The notes: a model not told the origin generated them from the letters alone. Counted from the first letter of the stretch, positions 1 to 11,144 are shown. The stretch is DNA of 32,000 nucleotides from Mycobacterium tuberculosis H37Rv (GCF_000195955.2 NC_000962.3:1260001-1292000), one strand, 5' to 3'. Numbers and translations are program-made.

Positions 1-1346
1 GCAACGCGGATCGCCGAGGTCTGCGGGTAGGAGCCGATCGTCGTGGTCGGCAGCGGCGGCAGGTGCAGTCGCGCGTCTTGGCTGGCGCGGCGCTGGGCGG
101 CATTGCCGCGGTGGGCTCCGGACGCGACGATCGCCTCGATGCGCGCCCGGATTTGCCCATTGTGTAACCGCGGGTCGCGCTTGCGGGACGCGATGGCGGC
201 GCGGGACGACGCGATCTCGTCGGCGACCGCGTCGTGTCCGTCGCGCAGGGCACGCGCGAGAACGACGACTTCGCGCACCTTTTCGGCACCGAACGCCAGC
301 CAGCTCCGCAACGCGTCATCCAGGTCGGTTTCCGGTTCCAGCGAGTACGGCACGTGCAGTGTCGAGCACGACGTCGAGACGGCCACGGTAGCCGCCGAAC
401 CCAGCAGGGTCGCCAACGTGCCCAACGCCGCCTCCAGGTCGGTGCGCCAGACGTTGCGCCCGTCGACGACCCCGGCCACCAGCGTCTTGCCGGCCAGCTC
501 GGGTACCCCGGCCACCGAGGTGTCGGCACCGGCCACCAGGTCGACGCCGATGGCTTCGACCGGGGTGCGAGCCAGCGCCGGTAGGGCCGCGCCCGGGTCC
601 CCGAAGTAGGTGGCGACATAGATCGCAGGCCGGTTGCTCACCGAGCACAGCGCGGTGTACACCGCTTCAGCCAGGGCGGGCGCGTCGGGGGAGAGGTCGG
701 TCACCAGCGCCGGCTCGTCGAACTGCACCCACTGGGCGCCGCCGTCGGCAAGCAGCGACAGCAGCTCCGAATAGACCGGAACCAACTCTTCGAGGCGTTC
801 GATCGGCGCCCCCGCGCCGTCGACGGCCTTGCTCAGCAGCAGGAAGGTGATCGGCCCGATGATCACCGGACGTGCGGGAATGCCTTGCCCTAACGCCTCT
901 TTGAGTTCGGCGAGCACCTTGCCGGGGTGCAGCGTGAACGTGGTCGACGGCCCGATCTCGGGTACCAGGTAGTGGTAGTTGGTGTCGAACCACTTCGTCA
1001 TCTCCAGCGGCGCGATCTGGTCGGTGCCCCGCGCCGCGGCGAAATAGCGGTCCAGCCCGTCGGAAACCGGGCTCACTCGGGGCGGCAGCGCGCCGAGCAG
1101 CACCGCGGTATCGAGCATTTGGTCGTAGTAGGAGAAGGTGTTCACCGGCACCGAGTCCAGACCGGCCGCGGCCAGGGCCGACCAGGTGTCGCGGCGTAAC
1201 GTGGCGGCGACGGCCTCCAGCTCGGATCGGCTGGTACGTCCGGCCCAGTAGCCTTCGGTGGCGCGCTTGAGTTCGCGGCGCGGGCCGATGCGCGGGGAGC
1301 CGGTGATGGTTGCGGTAAAGGGTTGACGACGTACAGGCTGGGTCAC
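1..1346 (-). CDS. metE: Cobalamin-independent methionine synthase MetE, N-terminal ~448 codons (3' end runs off the left edge)
   Basis: The reverse-strand frame starts at GTG (complement of 1344-1346) and reads [44 protein letters not shown], a MetE N-terminus. I translated only these first ~44 codons; the extension to position 1 rests on my memory of MetE, not on checking the frame. It is absent from the ORF track, which I attribute to edge truncation. The listed 667..1746 ORF is a wrong frame. Confidence 0.9.
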   Translation of the reverse strand, partial: MTQPVRRQPFTATITGSPRIGPRRELKRATEGYWAGRTSRSELEAVAATLRRDTWSALAAAGLDSVPVNTFSYYDQMLDTAVLLGALPPRVSPVSDGLDRYFAAARGTDQIAPLEMTKWFDTNYHYLVPEIGPSTTFTLHPGKVLAELKEALGQGIPARPVIIGPITFLLLSKAVDGAGAPIERLEELVPVYSELLSLLADGGAQWVQFDEPALVTDLSPDAPALAEAVYTALCSVSNRPAIYVATYFGDPGAALPALARTPVEAIGVDLVAGADTSVAGVPELAGKTLVAGVVDGRNVWRTDLEAALGTLATLLGSAATVAVSTSCSTLHVPYSLEPETDLDDALRSWLAFGAEKVREVVVLARALRDGHDAVADEIASSRAAIASRKRDPRLHNGQIRARIEAIVASGAHRGNAAQRRASQDARLHLPPLPTTTIGSYPQTSAIRV

Positions 1347-1484
1347 GTGCTGTCCTTCGATCGACGGGTGGTTCACCGCCCGCGGACGCGCAGCCGATCC
1401 GATTGAGGTGCACACCGATGCACCCGGCAACAGGCACGGCCAAACGCCCATTCCACGAGGCGATGAGCCGCCGGGCGCGGCGCG

Positions 1485-1670
1485 TCCGGCACGGCTGGCA
1501 GGTCTTCGGACTCGCAGGCTCGCACCCGGTGGGTGCTCCTACTGGCCGTCGCTTCCCAGTCGTTGAGACCAGTGCTTGTCTACTTCCAAGACGGCGGTCG
1601 TTCCTGCATACCGCTGCGGGACAGTCCCGGATTCTCACCAGGTTCCCTCTCGCGAAGCATCGTTGCCCCG
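1485..1670 (-). promoter_or_regulatory. Cobalamin (B12) riboswitch in the metE leader
   Basis: The reverse strand carries the conserved 5' block cgcgagAGGGAAcctGGTGagAAtCCgggaCtGtCCC (complement of 1618-1654). It also carries a B12 box GAGTCCGAAGACCTGCCA (complement of 1496-1513), about 150 nt upstream of the metE GTG. The ends are approximate. Confidence 0.85.
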
Positions 1671-1843
1671 CTCGATGCCGACGCCCTTTCGGACGCCAGC
1701 AGACCAGCTGCGTGGTCAAGGCTACTCCGGTGACATCGGCCGGCATGGCCCGGCCGGCGGCAAAATCGCTCGGCGCCGGATGTCCTCATCGGGCCCGCCG
1801 CGATCGTCATGTGGGTGAGATTCGGGATAGGCCCGGACCATGA

Positions 1844-2158
1844 TGGGTCAACAGGCCGCAATACGCCGCACTCACCTGCACCAGAGACGTCGACTGGTCG
1901 GCCCCCGAGCAGGCCGCTGACATGGCCGCCTACCAGAAGTTCGGGCAGGAGCACGCCGCCGCGATCCGTGGCGGCGCCGTGCTGCACCCGACGGCCACCG
2001 CCACGACGGTCCGGGTAACCGGCGCCCGCGGCGGCGACGTCGTCACCGGCGACGGTCCGTACGAGGCGGCCGACCTGGACGAGCAAGGGCCATTCCCGAT
2101 GGAGACGGTCTACCTGTGGGAGGACGGCCCGAACGGTACGACGAGGATGACGCTGTAA
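1844..2158 (+). pseudogene. Degenerate YCII-related (DGPF-type) domain remnant; contains the 78-aa ORF 1922..2158 (Rv1134-like)
   Basis: The ORF reads MAAYQKFGQE...ATTVRV...GDGPYEAADLDEQGPF. The in-frame codons upstream (1844-1921, no start codon, preceded by TGA) read WVNRPQYAALTCTRDVDWSAPEQAAD. This continues the usual YCII N-terminal pattern, and the C-terminal half is not YCII-like. Confidence 0.4.
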
Positions 2159-2172
2159 AACCGTGGTGAGCC

Positions 2173-2189
2173 TTCCCGCTTCGCGGGAA
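2173..2189. terminator. Hairpin between the convergent YCII remnant and PPE16
   Basis: ttcccgc-ttc-gcgggaa: a perfect 7-bp stem with a 3-nt loop and no U-tract. Confidence 0.35.
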
Positions 2190-2271
2190 TCGCCGCACCC
2201 GCCATGACGGTGGCGGTCAGGCGGGCCAACGCGAAGGATCTCGCGCGGCGCAGGCTGCTGGAATCCGGGGG

Positions 2272-4128
2272 CTAACCGTCGAAGAACCCGGACTGGTCAT
2301 TACCGGCGTTGAACCCGCCTGAGCTGTTGTCGCCGGAGTTGGCCACCCCGGAGGTGGTGGTGAAGGCGGCGTTGGTGGCCGAGTTTCCGATGCCGGTGTT
2401 GTTGAAGCCGGTGTTGAACAGGCCCGTGTTAAAGCCGGTTCCCGAGTTGCTGATGCCCACGTGCTGGCCGCCGCCGGAATTGAGCAGACCCGAGTGACCG
2501 ATGAAGAAGGCGCCGGTGTTGGTGTTCTGGAAGCCGGAGTTCGCGTCGCCGGAGTTATTGAAGCCCGAGTTGCCGGTGCCGATGTTGCCGAAGCCGGAGT
2601 TCATCACCGGTTGGTCCACCGGGCTGCCGAACCCGGTGTTCAGGTCTCCGGAGTGGAAGCCGCCAGTGTTGATATCGCCCGAGTTGGCCCAGCCGGTATT
2701 GAAGTCGCCCGAGTTCAAGTCTCCGGTATTCAAGGTGCCCGAGTTGAAGCTGCCCGTGTTGTAGGCACCCGAGTTGCCGACACCCATGTTCTCAAATCCC
2801 GAGTTGCCGAACCCGAAGTTGTTGTTGCCTGCGTTCCCGAAACCGAAGTTGCCGCTGCCCGCGTTCCCGAAGCCGGTGTTGGTGAAGCCCGCGTTCCCGA
2901 AACCGGTGTTGGTGTCACCGGAGTTGAAGAAGCCGAAGTTGCTGTCGCCGGAGTTGAAGAAGCCGATGTTGTTGTTGCCGGAGTTGAACAAGCCGATGTT
3001 GTTGTTCCCGGAGTTGCCGAAGCCGAGGTTGCCGATGCCGGAGTTCAGTGCGCCGATGCCGATCATGTTGTCGCCGGTGAGCCCGATACCGATGTTGTTG
3101 TTGCCGAGATTCGCAATGCCCAGGTTGTTGTTGCCGAGATTCGCAATGCCCAGGTTGTTGTTGCCGAGATTCGCAAAGCCCACGTTGGGAGAGCCGTGAT
3201 TTGCGCTGCCCACGTTGAAGGAACCGGCGTTGGCGGTGCCGAAGTTGAAGCTGCCGACGTTCCCGCTGCCCCGGTTGCCATCGCCGATATTCCCCAGGCC
3301 GAAGTTACCGTTGCCGTCGTTGCCGCTGCCCAGGTTGAGGTTGCCGAGGTTCCCGCTACCGAAGTTGGTGTTGGCGGTGTTGCCGCTGCCAAAGTTGAAG
3401 AAACCGGTATTGCCGCTGCCCAGGTTGGCCTGGCCCGTGTTTCCGCTGCCTAGGTTTGCGTTGCCGGTATTGCCGTTGCCTAGGTTGTAGTCGCCGATGT
3501 TGCCGATGCTGAAGATGTTGCCGATGCCGGTGTTGCCGATACCCAATGCCGGGATGGCCAGGGCAGCGGGGCCGGAGGCCAGTGCGGGCGCCGTCGGGTT
3601 GGGCAGGGCGCGCACCGCCTGTGCCCACGGGGCCAGCTGGGCGGCCACCGCCGAGGCCCCGCTGTGGTAGCTCACCATGGCCGCGACATCGGCGGCCCAC
3701 AATTGTTCGTAGGCTGCCTCGGTCGCCGCGATCGCCGGGGCGTTTTGGCCGAACAGGTTTGATAGCACCAGCGACACCAGCTGGTGGCGGTTGGCGGCGA
3801 CCAGCAGTGGATCCACGGTGGCCGCCCGCGCGGCTTCATACACCGCCGCGGCCGCCTTGGCCTGTGCGGCCGCGCTTAGCGCGCGTGTTGCTGCCGTGCT
3901 TAGCCAGCTGGCATAGGGGGCTGCCGCGGCGGCCATCGCCGTCGCCGCCGGACCTTGCCAGGCGGTGTCGGCCAGCGCTGCGGTGGCCGACGAAAACGAG
4001 TTCGCCGCTTGGCCTAACTCGGCGGCCAGCCCGTCCCAGGCCGCCGCGGCGGCCAGCGTCGGGCCTGAGCCCGCACCGGCAAACATCAACGCGGAATTGA
4101 CCTCGGGAGGCAACACCAGAAAACTCAT
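2272..4128 (-). CDS. PPE16: PPE family protein, MPTR subclass (618 aa)
   Basis: The N-terminus [35 protein letters not shown] has the PPE motif, followed by a long NxGxGNxG repeat region. The ATG is the complement of 4126-4128. The 18 extra upstream codons in the ORF track were rejected. Confidence 0.93.
   Translation of the reverse strand: MSFLVLPPEVNSALMFAGAGSGPTLAAAAAWDGLAAELGQAANSFSSATAALADTAWQGPAATAMAAAAAPYASWLSTAATRALSAAAQAKAAAAVYEAARAATVDPLLVAANRHQLVSLVLSNLFGQNAPAIAATEAAYEQLWAADVAAMVSYHSGASAVAAQLAPWAQAVRALPNPTAPALASGPAALAIPALGIGNTGIGNIFSIGNIGDYNLGNGNTGNANLGSGNTGQANLGSGNTGFFNFGSGNTANTNFGSGNLGNLNLGSGNDGNGNFGLGNIGDGNRGSGNVGSFNFGTANAGSFNVGSANHGSPNVGFANLGNNNLGIANLGNNNLGIANLGNNNIGIGLTGDNMIGIGALNSGIGNLGFGNSGNNNIGLFNSGNNNIGFFNSGDSNFGFFNSGDTNTGFGNAGFTNTGFGNAGSGNFGFGNAGNNNFGFGNSGFENMGVGNSGAYNTGSFNSGTLNTGDLNSGDFNTGWANSGDINTGGFHSGDLNTGFGSPVDQPVMNSGFGNIGTGNSGFNNSGDANSGFQNTNTGAFFIGHSGLLNSGGGQHVGISNSGTGFNTGLFNTGFNNTGIGNSATNAAFTTTSGVANSGDNSSGGFNAGNDQSGFFDG
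3094..3183. repeat. 3 x 30-bp in-frame tandem repeat inside PPE16
   Basis: gttgttgttgccgagattcgcaatgcccag occurs at 3094, 3124 and 3154 (the third copy has 2 mismatches). It encodes the [10 protein letters not shown] units. Confidence 0.9.
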
Positions 4129-4313
4129 CACGCCATCCCTTCCGCAGCTGGACGTGCCCGGGCCATCCCCTCCCGTGACCACAAACCTCCGCTGGCTGAA
4201 TACGCACAGCCCGATCCTCCCGGCGCGAAGCAGCGCCGCGGTCCCGCCTGCTTGACCCCAGATTCCATGGCGCGCCTCCCACCACCAACACTGGGCCGAT
4301 CGCTCGACACCTC

Positions 4314-4556
4314 ATGCAGCTTGGCAATCAAAACACTATGAGATTCGCAGGGCGGCCTCAGCGTTTTCGCCAAAGCGCTTACCCCCTGTTCAACCCCAAC
4401 AGCGCGATCGCGCTTGGCCACCCATTCGGCGGCTCGGGGGCACGGTTGATGACTACAGTGCTACACCACATGCCGGACAAGGGAATTCGCTACGGCTTAC
4501 AGACGATGTGCGAGGGCCGCGGCCAAGCCAATGCCACCATTGTGGAGTTGCTGTGA
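4314..4556 (+). pseudogene. Thiolase (acetyl-CoA acetyltransferase) C-terminal fragment only (Rv1135A-like)
   Basis: NPNSAIALGHPFGGSGARLMTTVLHHMPDKGIRYGLQTMCEGRGQANATIVELL is the thiolase C-terminal catalytic block (GHP...C.G.G). The roughly 320 N-terminal residues are absent. Confidence 0.75.
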
Positions 4557-4569
4557 CAGCGACCGATAG

Positions 4570-5280
4570 CCAGCCGGCGGCGTTGTCGAGTACCGCGACA
4601 ATGTCATGGTCATTACGATCAATCGGCCGGAAGCCCGCAATGCGGTCAATGGTGCCGTCAGCATCGTGGTTGGAGACGCGCTGGAAGAAGCGCACGACAA
4701 CCCCGATGTGCGGGCCGTGGTGATCACCGGCGCCGGCGACAAGTCGCTTTGCGCCGGTGCCGACCTCAAGGCGATCGCACGCCGGGAGAACCCGTACCAC
4801 CCGCATCACGGCGAGTGGGGCATCGCCGGTTACAGGCACCATTTCATCGACAAGCCGACCAGCGCCGCGGTCAGTGGCACGGCCTTGGACGACGGTGCCG
4901 AGCCAGCGCTGGCCAGCGACCTGGTGGTGGCCGACGAGCACACCTAATTCGGGTTTGCCGGAGGTCAAACGCGGGCTGATCGCCGCCGCCGGGGGTGTAC
5001 CGGTGAGCCGCTGACCGCATCCGACGACTGGGAGTGGGGCCTGATCAACCGGGTCGTCAAGGAGGGTTCGGTCGTCGAGGCCGCCCTCACCTGGCCGTGC
5101 GGGTGACCGTCAACGCGTCGCTGTCGGTGCAGGCCAGCAAGCGGATCGCCTGTGGTGTCGATGACGGGGTCGTCGTCGACGAAGGGACTCCGCACCCAGC
5201 GCGAGATGGGTTCCCTGATGAGATCGCAGGACCTCGGGCGTTCGCCGAGAAACAGGAACCGGTGTGGCGGGCCCGCTGCA
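4570..5280 (+). pseudogene. Enoyl-CoA hydratase/isomerase (crotonase) gene broken by an in-frame stop and several frameshifts (includes the Rv1136-like ORF 4606..4947)
   Basis: Crotonase blocks are spread over three frames. The first runs VVEYRDNVMVITINRPEARNAVN...VVITGAGDKSLCAGADLK to TAA at 4945. Then come LPEVKRGLIAAAGGV (frame of 4757..5014), EPLTASDDWEWGLINRVVKEGSVVEAAL (5005-5106), and VTVNASLSVQASKRIA...GPRAFAEKQEPVWRAR (from 5103 to about 5276). Confidence 0.75.
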
Positions 5281-5471
5281 TCGTCTCGGCGCCTTGGATG
5301 GGCTTGGCGGGCGTACCGTCAGCCAGCACTGTCGCATTGCCAACGTTTGTGGGACTTATCCCGATGCCGGGGCGCAGTGTCGCGCTGAGGTGGGCACAAC
5401 GAGCATCCTTCCCGGGAGAACCAATGTGGCGGATGTGACAACGCGCCGACAACACCAGATCCTGGGCTGTC

Positions 5472-6488
5472 TCAGTACGCCAGGATGTTCACCCCGTACC
5501 GGAATGCCGTGGGCAGAAGTGCGCACAGCGGCACGATGGCACGGCGTGCCGCGCGTGGCGTACTGGCCAGCACCAACCCGCGGGTGACTAGCCGGTAATC
5601 ACGAGTGATCCGGTGCCACGCGGCCTCATACGACGCCGGTGTGTCGTCGACGATGGCGCTCACCGCCGCGGCGGCCTGCTTGACGGCAAGGCTGATGCCT
5701 TCGCCGGTTAGGGCATCTTCGTACCCGGCCGCGTCACCGACCAAAAGCACCCGCCCCGCGACGCGCCGGGAGACCACCTGGCGCAAGGGACCGCAGCCAC
5801 GTGCGTGTCCGCGGCTCGCGTCTTGCAGATGGTGTGCAAGGCTGGGAAACCAGGCAAGTTCGGGTCGTTGGCGGGACAAGATCGCGACGCCGACCAGATC
5901 CGGTTCCACCGGAGTCACATAAGCCTCACCCCAACGGGACCAATGCACTTCGACGAAGTCCGACCACACCGGCAGCCGGTAATGCCAGCGCACCCCGTAT
6001 CGCCGTGGTGTCCCGGCGGTGGCTTTGATCCCGACGGCGCGCCGGACGGCCGAATGCAGTCCATCGGCTGCCACCAACCATTTCGCGCGAACGCCGGCGG
6101 CGGTCACACCATGTGCGTCTTGCTGAATAGTGGCTACCCGCGACCGGATCCATTCAGTGTCTTGCTCTTTGGCTCGTGCCGCCAGTGCCGCATGCAGCGT
6201 GGTGCGTCGCACGCCCCGCCCCGGCCCGGTGCGAAACCGCGCCTGCACCCGACGATGTTCACCAACGTAGGCAATCCCATGAAAGGGCAGACCGACCGGG
6301 TCCACGCCTAGCGAGGTCAATTCGGCCAGGCCACCGGGCATCAGCCCCTCGCCGCACGCCTTGTCGATGGGATTCTCGCGAGGCTCGGCCACGATCACCG
6401 AAAGTCCACGCGCGCGTGCGTGCAATGCCGTGGCGAGTCCGCCGGGGCCGCCGCCGACGACCAACAGGTCGGTGTCGTAGCTGGTCAT
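5472..6488 (-). CDS. FAD-dependent oxidoreductase, geranylgeranyl-reductase / aromatic-ring hydroxylase type (338 aa, Rv1138c-like)
   Basis: MTSYDTDLLVVGGGPGGLATA (GxGxxG), CGEGL and a GDAAG block are present. The ATG is the complement of 6486-6488, and an ATGA overlap links it to the upstream gene's stop. The 141-codon N-terminal extension in the ORF track was rejected. Confidence 0.85.
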   Translation of the reverse strand: MTSYDTDLLVVGGGPGGLATALHARARGLSVIVAEPRENPIDKACGEGLMPGGLAELTSLGVDPVGLPFHGIAYVGEHRRVQARFRTGPGRGVRRTTLHAALAARAKEQDTEWIRSRVATIQQDAHGVTAAGVRAKWLVAADGLHSAVRRAVGIKATAGTPRRYGVRWHYRLPVWSDFVEVHWSRWGEAYVTPVEPDLVGVAILSRQRPELAWFPSLAHHLQDASRGHARGCGPLRQVVSRRVAGRVLLVGDAAGYEDALTGEGISLAVKQAAAAVSAIVDDTPASYEAAWHRITRDYRLVTRGLVLASTPRAARRAIVPLCALLPTAFRYGVNILAY

Positions 6489-6985
6489 ATGTAGCCCAGA
6501 ACGGAGTTCTCCACCCGCAGACGAACGGTCAGCAAGGTCGCATTGGCCAGGGTGAAAACCAGTGCGGTCAACCACGCCGTGTGCACCAGTGGCAACGCGA
6601 ACCCTTCGGCCACCACCGCAACATAATTCGGATGCCGCATCCACCGGTAGGGGCCCCGCCGCACCAACGTGGCGTGCGGCAACACGATTACCCGGGTGTT
6701 CCACCGCTTGCCCAGCGATTTGACGCACCACCAGCGCAGGCCCTGGCTTGCCACCACTACGGCCAGCATCGGCCAGCCGAGCCACGGTATGAAAGGCCGG
6801 TGCAAGGCCCACGGTTCGACGACGCAGCCCAGCAGTAGGGCGGTGTGCAGGATAACCATCACCACATAGTGTGGGCGGCCAAACTCTTTGCCGCCCTGCG
6901 CGAAAGACCACCGCGCGTTACGCTGGGCCACCACCAGCTCCGCCAGCCGTTCGAAGACGACCGCCAGGATCAGCAGGTAGTACAC
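6485..6985 (-). CDS. Isoprenylcysteine carboxyl methyltransferase (ICMT) family membrane methyltransferase (166 aa, Rv1139c-like)
   Basis: The protein is multi-TM and has RRGPYRWMRHPNYVAVVAEGFALPL, the ICMT/PEMT-type C-terminal SAM-binding motif. It has a GTG start at 6985 and overlaps the downstream oxidoreductase gene by 4 nt. Confidence 0.85.
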   Translation of the reverse strand: MYYLLILAVVFERLAELVVAQRNARWSFAQGGKEFGRPHYVVMVILHTALLLGCVVEPWALHRPFIPWLGWPMLAVVVASQGLRWWCVKSLGKRWNTRVIVLPHATLVRRGPYRWMRHPNYVAVVAEGFALPLVHTAWLTALVFTLANATLLTVRLRVENSVLGYI

Positions 6986-6989
6986 GGCC

Positions 6990-7365
6990 CTACCACCTAA
7001 GAAGCACCGACTCGGAGGAAAAACCCGGGCCTATGCACACTATCCTGGCGGGACCGGCGATGCAGCCCAGCCCGAACGGTGGAATAGCTCCCCCTGCGAT
7101 CGACTCCATATTGTCAGCCACGTTACTGGCGCCGGATGGGTTCAGATTCTGGCGAGTGGGACCGCCATTGCCGGGCCGTTCCACGGCCCGTATCGTCGCC
7201 GCGCTGTGCTGGATTGCGCGGCTTCTCCTCGGGCCGTTCCACGGCCCGTATCGTCGCCGCGCTAGGTTGGACGCTGTGCGGATCGTGGTGAGCAGTGCCA
7301 CCAGAAATGCGGGTTCGTACACCTGTGTCAGCACCGGCAGCGCTGGATGCCGCGAGATTACACCG
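6990..7365 (-). pseudogene. 3' fossil of a type III polyketide synthase (chalcone-synthase-like), interrupted by a tandem repeat
   Basis: The frame ending at TAG (complement of 6990-6992), 4 nt before the methyltransferase GTG, reads ...LNPSGASNVADNMESIAGGAIPPFGLGCIAGPARIVCIGPGFSSESVLLRW*. This matches the type III PKS C-terminal signature GPGF..E..LLRW and the Asn-loop. Upstream of the repeat, GGVISRHPALPVLTQVYEP resembles the catalytic-His HPGG block. No N-terminal Cys domain is present. Confidence 0.6.
7172..7263. repeat. MIRU-like tandem duplication with 58-bp period (two 34-bp identical cores)
   Basis: cgggccgttccacggcccgtatcgtcgccgcgct occurs at 7172-7205 and again at 7230-7263. Each copy contains the hairpin GGGCCG-ttcca-CGGCCC. 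Confidence 0.95.
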
Positions 7366-7472
7366 CCCCTCGCTGGGCCCACGCCTGGGCCGGTGAACCC
7401 CGGCCCGCCCGCTGGCACCCTGCGAACCAGCCTGCACATCCTGACCACTCCAACCGCGAAAGTCCGGCCTGC

Positions 7473-8195
7473 ATGAGCCAATCCACCACTCCATACCGCA
7501 GCAGCGTGCTTGCCGAGTTTCGTCGTGCGATCACCAATGTCGCTGTGCCCCATCATGAACCGCCGGGAATCGTGCGCCGCCGCCGTGTGGTCGTCGGCGT
7601 CACGTTGGTTATCGGCGCTGTGATGCTGGGCTTTTCGCTGAGGCGGACGCCCGGCGAGTCGAGCTTTTACTGGCTGACGCTCGCGCTGGCAGCCGTGTGG
7701 ATCGCCGGCGCACTGATGTCTGGACCGCTGCATCTGGGTGGCATCTGTTGGCGCGGTCGCAATCAGCGTCCGGTCATCACCGGGACCACTGTCGGGCTGC
7801 TGCTAGCAGGCATCTTCGGGGTGGGTGCAATGATCGTCAGGGCAATTCCTGGCGCAGCTGAACCGATAGCCCGCGTCCTGCAATTCGCCCATCAGGGAAC
7901 TCTGCTGCCGATCCTGCTGATCACCTTGATTAACGGCATCGCCGAGGAGATGTTCTTTCGCGGTGCGCTCTACACCGCGCTGGGACGACGCTATCCGGTG
8001 ACCATCTCAACCGTCCTGTACGTCGGCGCCACCATGGCCAGCGCGAATCTGATGCTCGGCTTCGCAGCGATCTTCGTCGGTACGGTGTGTGCGTTGGAGC
8101 GCCGGGCCAGCGGTGGAGTGCTGGCACCGATCTTGACCCACTTCGTGTGGGGCCTGATCATGGTGTTCGCGCTGCCCCCGCTGTTCGCGGTCTGA
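7473..8195 (+). CDS. CPBP family intramembrane glutamic endopeptidase (CAAX protease / Abi-like membrane protein, Rv1140-like)
   Basis: The protein is multi-TM with the motifs INGIAEEMFFRGALY and THFVWG. The ORF is open from ATG 7347 (282 aa), but 7347-7472 is antisense to the PKS fossil. I therefore prefer ATG 7473 (MSQSTTPYRSS...). Confidence 0.8.
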   Translation: MSQSTTPYRSSVLAEFRRAITNVAVPHHEPPGIVRRRRVVVGVTLVIGAVMLGFSLRRTPGESSFYWLTLALAAVWIAGALMSGPLHLGGICWRGRNQRPVITGTTVGLLLAGIFGVGAMIVRAIPGAAEPIARVLQFAHQGTLLPILLITLINGIAEEMFFRGALYTALGRRYPVTISTVLYVGATMASANLMLGFAAIFVGTVCALERRASGGVLAPILTHFVWGLIMVFALPPLFAV

Positions 8196-8202
8196 CGCGC
8201 GT

Positions 8203-9009
8203 TCAGGAACCGGTGAAGTTGGGGGTGCGGCGTTGCAGGAACGCCGCTGCGCCCTCGGCGAAGTCGTGTGTTCGCAGCAGGACTTCCTGTCCATCCAATT
8301 CGCGCGCGAACGTGGGTTCCAATTCGGTGAGGGCGGCTGCATTGATGGCGTTTTTGGCCTGGGCGAACGCCAGCGCCGGGCCGGCCAGCAACCGTGAAAT
8401 CACCTTGTCCACCTCGGCCTCGAAGTCGCTGTCCGGATATACCGCGCTGATCAGGCCCCAGGCCAGTGCCTCGCGGGCCGGCAGTTGCTCGGCCAGCAGC
8501 GCCAGCCGCATCGCCCGGATCCGGCCGGTGGCCGCGGCGACTAACGCCGATGCGCCGCCGTCGGGCATCAACGCTACCTTGGTGTTGGCGAGCATGAAAA
8601 ATGCACTATCAGAAGCCAATATGAAGTCACACGCCAGCGCTAGCGAGACAGCGACGCCGACCGCTGGTCCTTGAACGACAGCTACAACCGGGTGCGGTAG
8701 CGCGGCCACGGCGCGTACTGCGCGGTTGGCCTCTTCGACGATGGCGGTCGGCGGCCCTCCGCCCCACACATCGTCCACAGACATAGACACTCCGGAGCTG
8801 AAACCGCGGCCCACCCCGCCTAGGCGCACCACCTTGACCACGGGATCGGCCGCCGCGCGCTCCAGCGTGTCGGCGATCCCCGTCAGGATTGGCACGGTCA
8901 GCGAGTTGAGACTGCTAGGGCGGTTGATGCGCACCGACAACACTCTGTCGGTCAGGGTGACGTTGAGGCCTGTGACCGGCGTTAATGCGGCAATCCCGGA
9001 ATCTGGCAT
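8203..9009 (-). CDS. echA11: Enoyl-CoA hydratase (268 aa)
   Basis: Crotonase fold: MPDSGIAALTPVTGLNVTLTDRVLSVRINRPSSLNSLT...VVRLGGVGRGFSSG. The start is the ATG at complement 9007-9009, and the 94-codon extension in the track was rejected. Confidence 0.9.
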   Translation of the reverse strand: MPDSGIAALTPVTGLNVTLTDRVLSVRINRPSSLNSLTVPILTGIADTLERAAADPVVKVVRLGGVGRGFSSGVSMSVDDVWGGGPPTAIVEEANRAVRAVAALPHPVVAVVQGPAVGVAVSLALACDFILASDSAFFMLANTKVALMPDGGASALVAAATGRIRAMRLALLAEQLPAREALAWGLISAVYPDSDFEAEVDKVISRLLAGPALAFAQAKNAINAAALTELEPTFARELDGQEVLLRTHDFAEGAAAFLQRRTPNFTGS

Positions 9010-9151
9010 GTGCAGCATCCTAAATGAGGGCCAGCTACACAGAGTGGTTAATGATGCTCCGCAAACATGCCCAACCAGCAGTTGGAGTAATCGGTGAGTA
9101 CACGGGCATCGACGCGGCCCAGTCGCGGGACCGCTAGCGGGCCGAGAGCGC

Positions 9152-11144
<1,993 letters not shown>

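Noticed and set aside
667-1746. 359-aa minus-strand ORF spanning the metE 5' part and the riboswitch.
   Set aside because: It is a wrong frame of metE (Arg/Pro/Gly-rich). The true MetE frame starts at GTG 1346, and the region upstream of it is the riboswitch.
2461-3700. Many long ORFs on both strands across PPE16 (for example 2461..3453, 2774..3199, 3356..3700), and 30-bp periodicity that could suggest a CRISPR-like array.
   Set aside because: They are alternative or antisense frames of the NxGxGNxG coding repeats (Pro/Val/Glu- or Arg-rich nonsense). The repeats are contiguous and in frame, with no unique spacers, so this is not a CRISPR array.
5087-5455. 122-aa minus-strand ORF (Rv1137c-like)
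   Set aside because: It lies antisense to the decayed tail of the crotonase pseudogene. It has no recognisable motif or RBS and has a Cys/Arg/Gly-rich composition. This is most likely a chance open frame in GC-rich DNA.
6485-8195. An ICMT-type methyltransferase next to a CAAX-protease-type (CPBP) gene and a geranylgeranyl-reductase-type flavoprotein looked like a bacterial prenyl-protein (CAAX) processing system.
   Set aside because: The methyltransferase and flavoprotein are better explained as tailoring genes of the fossil type III PKS operon. The CPBP gene is divergent and sits where the PKS 5' part was lost, so the adjacency looks like a rearrangement by-product. No prenyltransferase or CAAX-ending substrate gene is visible.
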